Part shown: positions 59,635 through 64,000 of the stretch, in pieces
Layout: every line of letters begins with the position of its first letter
Position numbering within the stretch: the stretch's first letter is position 1
Assembly (NCBI GenBank): GCA_963663845.2
Contig: OY760650.2
Span: 3,149,509 to 3,213,508, forward strand
Length of the DNA: 64,000 nucleotides
DNA from: Terriglobia bacterium
GTDB lineage: Bacteria; Acidobacteriota; Terriglobia; Versatilivoradales; Versatilivoraceae
Direction of reading: 5' to 3'
Position numbers and translations under genes: made by a program
The notes under the pieces: generated by a model
Told to the model about the DNA's origin: nothing
Database searches by the model: none
Seen by the model: only the letters and a program-made list of their open reading frames with translations

Positions 59635-60818
59635 GGTCGCCCCCCGCCCCGGAGCGTCTCGATGGGGTGATAGTAGCCGTCGCGGCCGATCCTGGTCAGG
59701 AAAACGGAATCGGAGCCCTGGTTGTCGGTGGCCCCGAAGCGGAGCTCGAACCCGTCCAGATCGATCGGGTCGGAAAGGCGCAGGCTGTCGAGGAATCCGG
59801 CTCGATCCACGTCCCGGCCGCAGCGTTCCAGGGCCGCGATGGCCAGGCGGCCGGCCAGGTAGCCTTCGAACGAGACGAATCCGGGAGTGGCGTCCGAATC
59901 GAAGGCCCACAGGGCTCGGTTGTAGTTGGCCGTGATGGGGTAGCTGGTGTCTGTCGGCGGGGGAACCACCTGGGTGACGAACACCCCGGCGCCGTCGCGG
60001 CCCAGCTCCTGGGACAGGGCGTTGCTGCCCACGAAGGAGAGCGCCATGAACACCGCATTCATTCGGGTGTGGCGCGCCCAGGCGATCAGGGAGGCGACCG
60101 GCTTGTAGGCGCCGATGAGAATCACCGCGCCGGGATTTTCGGCGCGCAGGTCGAGCAGAGGCGTCTTCACGGCGGTGGTGTTGCGCTGATACACCCCCAC
60201 CGATACCGGCTTGAGCTGACGTCGCCCCAGGGAGCGTCTCAGGCTTCGGTAGGTGTCACGGCCGAACGAATCGTCCTGGTACATGACGCCGATACGGTCG
60301 ATGCCCAGCTTGTCGGCCAGGTGGGAGACCATGGTATCGATCTCCTGGCCGTAGGAGGCCCGAAGGTTGATGACGTTTTCCCACTCCGGCTCTCTCAGGA
60401 ATGCGGCGCCGGTGAAGGGCGCGATGTAGGGAACTCCGGCGCCGGCGGCCACGGGGGTGGAAGCGCGCGAGGTCGGCGTGCCCACGGCCCCGATGAGGGC
60501 GAAGACCTTTGCTTCGTGGATCAGTTGATGGGTGTTGGCGATGGCGGCTTCGGGCTCATAGGCATCGTCGAGGCTCTTCAGCTCCAACTGCCGCTCGTGA
60601 ACGCCGCCTCTCTCATTGGCCTCGTGAAAGGCCGCCTCGATTCCCAGGCGCATGTTCCGCCCCAACTCTCGGGCGGGTCCGGTGAAGGCGGCCGATTGTC
60701 CGAAGAGGATACGATTGTCCGAGACCCCAACCTCTTGCGCGAAGCCCTCGGTGTGCCCGCAGAATAGAGATCCGGAGGCGAGCAGCAGCGCTGCCGCCTT
60801 CCGGCACGCCGGACTCAT
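59631..60818 (-). CDS. periplasmic solute-binding protein, Leu/Ile/Val-binding (type I) family
   Basis: 395 aa from ATG 60818. Signal peptide 'MSPACRKAAALLLASGSLFC'. 'ILFGQSAAFTGPARELG', 'LKSLDDAYEPEAA', 'VFALIGAVGTPT'. The ATG overlaps the upstream stop (ATGA). Confidence 0.8.
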   Translation of the reverse strand: MSPACRKAAALLLASGSLFCGHTEGFAQEVGVSDNRILFGQSAAFTGPARELGRNMRLGIEAAFHEANERGGVHERQLELKSLDDAYEPEAAIANTHQLIHEAKVFALIGAVGTPTSRASTPVAAGAGVPYIAPFTGAAFLREPEWENVINLRASYGQEIDTMVSHLADKLGIDRIGVMYQDDSFGRDTYRSLRRSLGRRQLKPVSVGVYQRNTTAVKTPLLDLRAENPGAVILIGAYKPVASLIAWARHTRMNAVFMALSFVGSNALSQELGRDGAGVFVTQVVPPPTDTSYPITANYNRALWAFDSDATPGFVSFEGYLAGRLAIAALERCGRDVDRAGFLDSLRLSDPIDLDGFELRFGATDNQGSDSVFLTRIGRDGYYHPIETLRGGGRP

Positions 60819-61228
60819 CCGTCCCTCCGCTTGACCAGAGTCAGATGGTTTCTGTCCTGTTCGCGCCGGTAATGGGCTTCGTCCATCAGGGTCTGCACCA
60901 GGTAGACGCCCAGCCCGCCGATGGGACGGTCTTCGAGGCTGGCGTCCACATCGGGCGTCGGGGCCTGGGTCAGTGGATCGAAGGCGCGGCCGTCGTCGGC
61001 AATCTTGATGGTGAGGACGTCCGGTTCGGAGATCAGGTCGACCTCGATCTTGTGTCCCCCTCTTCCCTCGTAGCCGTAGTTGACGACATTGACGATCACC
61101 TCCTCCAGCACCAGCTTGACCTGGTAGAGGAGGCTGGAGGGCCATTGCTCCTTTTCCCCGAGATCCTCGACGGCTGCTTCGAGTCGTTGCAATTCGTCGA
61201 GCCGGGATTCGAGACGCAATGAGAGCAT
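60815..61228 (-). CDS. RsbW/SpoIIAB-like anti-sigma-factor serine kinase (HATPase_c_2)
   Basis: 137 aa. 'LVLEEVIVNVVNYGY', 'ADDGRAFDPL', 'GGLGVYLV'. Confidence 0.8.
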   Translation of the reverse strand: MLSLRLESRLDELQRLEAAVEDLGEKEQWPSSLLYQVKLVLEEVIVNVVNYGYEGRGGHKIEVDLISEPDVLTIKIADDGRAFDPLTQAPTPDVDASLEDRPIGGLGVYLVQTLMDEAHYRREQDRNHLTLVKRRDG

Positions 61229-61233
61229 CGGGA

Positions 61234-62400
61234 TTAGTCGCCGTCGCTATCGTGCAGAAGTGTCAGGCACGTGATGTCGTCGGACTGTGGGGTGTCGCCG
61301 GCGAATTTCTCGACGGCGTCGAATACGGAACGGTTGGCCGCCTCGACATCGGTCGGCTCGGCGCCGGCGAAGACCTCTTGCAGGCGCTCGGTGCCGAACT
61401 GGTTCCCCTGTGCGTCGAAAGCTTCGGTGACGCCGTCGGTGTAGAGAACGAGCAGGTCCCCGGGAGTCAGGGTCACGGTATTGTTGTCGTACTCGAGATC
61501 GGGCATCAAGCCCAGGGCAATGCCTCCGGTCAGGGGCAATTCGGCCGAGCTTCCGTCCGAATGCACGACCAGGGGAGAATTGTGCCCTCCGTTGGCATAG
61601 TGGAATCGCCGGCTGTCGGGGTCGTAGACGCCATAGAAGACCGTCACGAACATGGCGGCCTCGTTGTCCTCCTGCAGCAACTGGTTCACCTCGTGCAGCA
61701 CTTCCCCGGGATCGGTCTTGCCGATGGCCGCACCCTTGATCAAGGTGCGGCAGGACATCATGAAGAGCGCGGCCGGAACCCCCTTGTCCGATACGTCGGC
61801 GATGGCGATGCCGATTCGGTTGTCCGAGAGCTGGATGACGTCGAAGAAGTCCCCGCCCACGTTGCGGGCGGGCTTCATGTTGGCGGACATCCGGCAGCCG
61901 GGTCGGTCGGGGAAACGGGTGGGCAGGATGGACTGCTGTATCTTGCTGGCCACGCCGAGCTCGTTTTGCAGCGCCACCAGCTTGTCGCGCGATTCAAGGG
62001 CTTCGCGCCATTCGACAAGGTGTTGCAGGGTGCGTGAGATGGTGATTTTCAGGTCGTCGAAGTCGATCGGCTTGGTGACGAAGTCGAAGGCGCCCCGGTT
62101 CATGGCCGTTCGGATGTTCTTCATGTCTCCATAGGCCGAGATGATCACCGAGCGAACGTCGGGTTGGACCTTGGGAATCTGCTCGATCAGCGTCAGTCCG
62201 TCCATCTTGGGCATGTTGATGTCGGAGAGCACCAGGTCTATGTCCGGCTCCTCCTTCAGCCGCTCCAGGGCTTCCACGCCGTTGTGGGCAAAGACGAAAC
62301 TGTAGCGGCCGGCGCGAATGTCACGGCGCATTCGCTGCAACATGAGCCGTTCGAGATCCACCTCGTCATCCACCACCAGAATCTTGTACTTCGATTTCAT
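61234..62400 (-). CDS. response-regulator receiver fused to a PP2C/SpoIIE phosphatase (RsbU-like)
   Basis: 'KILVVDDEVDL...LVLSDINMPKMDGL' receiver, then 'VGGDFFDV...IADVSDKGVPAALFM...GGHNSPL...LYTDGVTEA'. The track ORF extends to 62448. Confidence 0.88.
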   Translation of the reverse strand: MKSKYKILVVDDEVDLERLMLQRMRRDIRAGRYSFVFAHNGVEALERLKEEPDIDLVLSDINMPKMDGLTLIEQIPKVQPDVRSVIISAYGDMKNIRTAMNRGAFDFVTKPIDFDDLKITISRTLQHLVEWREALESRDKLVALQNELGVASKIQQSILPTRFPDRPGCRMSANMKPARNVGGDFFDVIQLSDNRIGIAIADVSDKGVPAALFMMSCRTLIKGAAIGKTDPGEVLHEVNQLLQEDNEAAMFVTVFYGVYDPDSRRFHYANGGHNSPLVVHSDGSSAELPLTGGIALGLMPDLEYDNNTVTLTPGDLLVLYTDGVTEAFDAQGNQFGTERLQEVFAGAEPTDVEAANRSVFDAVEKFAGDTPQSDDITCLTLLHDSDGD

Positions 62401-62580
62401 CTGTCGGCCTACCCCTCTGCGGGTGATCCCATCGCTATTGCCGGACACTCCCGATTGCCTGCAGACGCCCGCCTCCCGTTTCCGGGAGGAACAACCGCCC
62501 TACGCCCCATGGGCCGGTGAGGATCGAGCGCGGTCAATTGGAAACCGTCTCCCGTCGGACCACCGGGAACGCGAATGCCG

Positions 62581-62916
62581 CTAGCCGACAGCGGCTCTTG
62601 CCTCAGCCAAATTGGCGTGTATCGGGATGATCTTGTCGAAGCCGCTGATTTCGAAGACCTCCCGAATGGGCTCCGCGAGCGAGCAAATCAGCAGCTTGGC
62701 GCTCCTTTGCTGGAGGGTCTTGGCGGTCAGCAGAATCACCCGAAGGCCGGCGCTGCTGACGTATGAGACTTTCTCCAGATCCATAATCAAAACCTGGTCG
62801 CTTTCGCTGATCGCGGATTTCAAGGCATCGTCGAACTCTCGTGCATTGATACTGTCGAGGCGGCCTCCCGCCCTTGCGACCAGGAGCGTACCTTCCCGCT
62901 CCGTACTGATCTCCAT
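62581..62916 (-). CDS. STAS-domain anti-sigma-factor antagonist (RsbV/SpoIIAA-like)
   Basis: 111 aa. 'LIMDLEKVSYVSSAGLRVILL' with the conserved phosphorylatable Ser context. AAGGAG ribosome-binding site. Confidence 0.85.
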   Translation of the reverse strand: MEISTEREGTLLVARAGGRLDSINAREFDDALKSAISESDQVLIMDLEKVSYVSSAGLRVILLTAKTLQQRSAKLLICSLAEPIREVFEISGFDKIIPIHANLAEARAAVG

Positions 62917-63080
62917 CGGCCTCGTCTCCTTGATGTCAGGTGCAACCTCAGGTTGGCCGTGACACCTGCATTATAGTTACCTGCTCACAAATGGCTTAGT
63001 GTAACAGAAATGGTCCAATCGGAATAGCCACACGAAAAAACCATGAATCCGGCGCCGTTTCGCCCCGACACGGGGCAACC

Positions 63081-64000
63081 CTATTTCCGAGACAGGACGC
63101 CGGTCCTTTCCGCAAAGGCCTCAAAGGCCTCCTCCCGCGCAGCCGGCGAACGCGCGCGCGCCCTCACCTTGACGGCTACCTCGATACGGGTGCTCTCGCC
63201 ACCTCGCAAGACACCGCGTGTGGGAGACACGTCCCTGTAGTCTCGTCCCACTGCAATTCGCACGTGCCGCTCATCGGCCAGGCGCCGATTGGTAGGATCG
63301 AACCCCACCCAGCCGAGTTCCGGAAGCAGGCACTCGACCCAGGCATGAGTGGCGTTTCCCGGCGCCTGCTCGCCCTCCAGGCCGGAGAGATGCAAGTAGC
63401 CCGAGACGTAGCGGGCAGGAATGCCCCAGGAGCGCGCGATCGCGATCATGGCGTGGGCATAGTCCTGACAGACGCCGCTCCCGGACATGAGGATGTGCTC
63501 GATGGAGGACGTTGCCGAGGTGCTTCCGGGAACGTAGCGGAAACAGCGGTGGAGCGTGTCCGAGAGCTGCAACAGCCCCTCCAGAGGATCGTCCCCGGGC
63601 CGAATGCCGTGTCGTTCGACGAATCGGGCGAGCAGGGGTGACGGCCGGGTCAGGGCGCTGGGGTGAACAAAGTCCCAGAGAGCGAGGGAGCCCTTCCACG
63701 ATTGGATTTCATGCCAGGCGCCTGCGCCCAGAGAGGGCGGCAAGGCGCTGAAGGGGGCCGGCGAGACCGTGGAGCGGGCGGTGATCTCCATGACCCGATG
63801 CTCGCCATTGAGACTGAAGACGTGTCGAGTATTGCCGAAACAATCCTGCTCGGAGGTCAGGAGAGCGGCCGGGTCGGTTTCGATTCCGAAATTCAGGACG
63901 CGCTGCCCGCGGTCGTCTTGCGGTTTCAGACAGAGCATCATCATGCACTGCCTCGGACTGCGAGAGTAGTGGTAGCGGGAGAGGTGGTCGATGTCGTAGT
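63081..64000 (-). CDS. transglutaminase-family protein (5' end outside the window)
   Basis: 'SGSGVCQDYAHAMIAIARSWGIPARYVSGY...HAWVECLLPELGWVGFDPTN' Cys-His-Asp core. The frame stays open upstream of Met 63944 to the window edge. Confidence 0.85.
   Translation of the reverse strand, partial: YDIDHLSRYHYSRSPRQCMMMLCLKPQDDRGQRVLNFGIETDPAALLTSEQDCFGNTRHVFSLNGEHRVMEITARSTVSPAPFSALPPSLGAGAWHEIQSWKGSLALWDFVHPSALTRPSPLLARFVERHGIRPGDDPLEGLLQLSDTLHRCFRYVPGSTSATSSIEHILMSGSGVCQDYAHAMIAIARSWGIPARYVSGYLHLSGLEGEQAPGNATHAWVECLLPELGWVGFDPTNRRLADERHVRIAVGRDYRDVSPTRGVLRGGESTRIEVAVKVRARARSPAAREEAFEAFAERTGVLSRK

Noticed and set aside
62917-63080. Promoter for the STAS operon (a TATAAT on the minus strand near 62970) and a terminator hairpin (GCCCCGACACGGGGC) after the transglutaminase gene.
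   Set aside because: No acceptable -35 lies at 16-19 nt from the TATAAT, and the hairpin is not followed directly by a T-run. The evidence is too weak to list either as a feature.

Overview
A GC-rich (about 63-66% by eye) bacterial chromosomal segment with several lower-GC accessory patches. The housekeeping proteins look Acidobacteriota-like, but that is inference only.

Layout:
- 1-11.1 kb: an IS-riddled accessory island. It holds a DNA methyltransferase followed by an amber-interrupted partner ORF, a secreted S1 protease, rve and IS1595 transposase debris, a nested IS4-in-IS4 insertion, a second inverted IS4 copy, and an unknown ~490-aa gene cleanly split by that IS.
- 11.1-13.7 kb: a bufferin-type RiPP cluster (12-Cys precursor, DUF692/MNIO, DUF2063).
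- 13.9-34.5 kb: housekeeping genes (mtnA, thioesterase, GcvT/YgfZ-like, gatB, S41 protease, tatA/tatC, histidine kinase, groES/groEL with CIRCE, Fis-type HTH, cvpA, PHP, purC, smc, cysS, yraN).
- 34.5-54.1 kb: a complete type I-E CRISPR-Cas locus (cas3, cas8e, cas11, cas7, cas5, cas6e, cas1, cas2). Array 1 has 68 repeats and array 2 has 7 repeats.
- 54.1-55.5 kb: a phage tail-chaperone-like ORF, a nested palindromic MITE-like element and hicAB.
- 55.6-62.9 kb: a six-gene minus-strand signalling operon (STAS, RR-PP2C, RsbW-like kinase, solute-binding protein, HAMP histidine kinase, outer-membrane barrel).
- 63.1-64.0 kb: a transglutaminase-like gene that runs off the window.

No tRNA or rRNA genes were found.

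Observations most worth follow-up:
1. Two diverged copies of a module made of a CRISPR repeat, a conserved promoter and a DUF29 gene bracket the whole CRISPR-Cas locus. A third, degenerate repeat lies behind the second DUF29 gene.
2. A stand-alone DEDDh exonuclease gene sits divergently next to cas3.
3. Two different DUF4338-ISAs1 fusion transposons are inserted back to back, with overlapping target duplications, a few bp upstream of the first repeat of array 2.
4. The bufferin precursor has a Tat-like signal and an internal 117-bp duplication.
5. The unknown gene split by the IS can be reconstructed exactly.

All functional calls rest on motifs read by eye. No database search was run.
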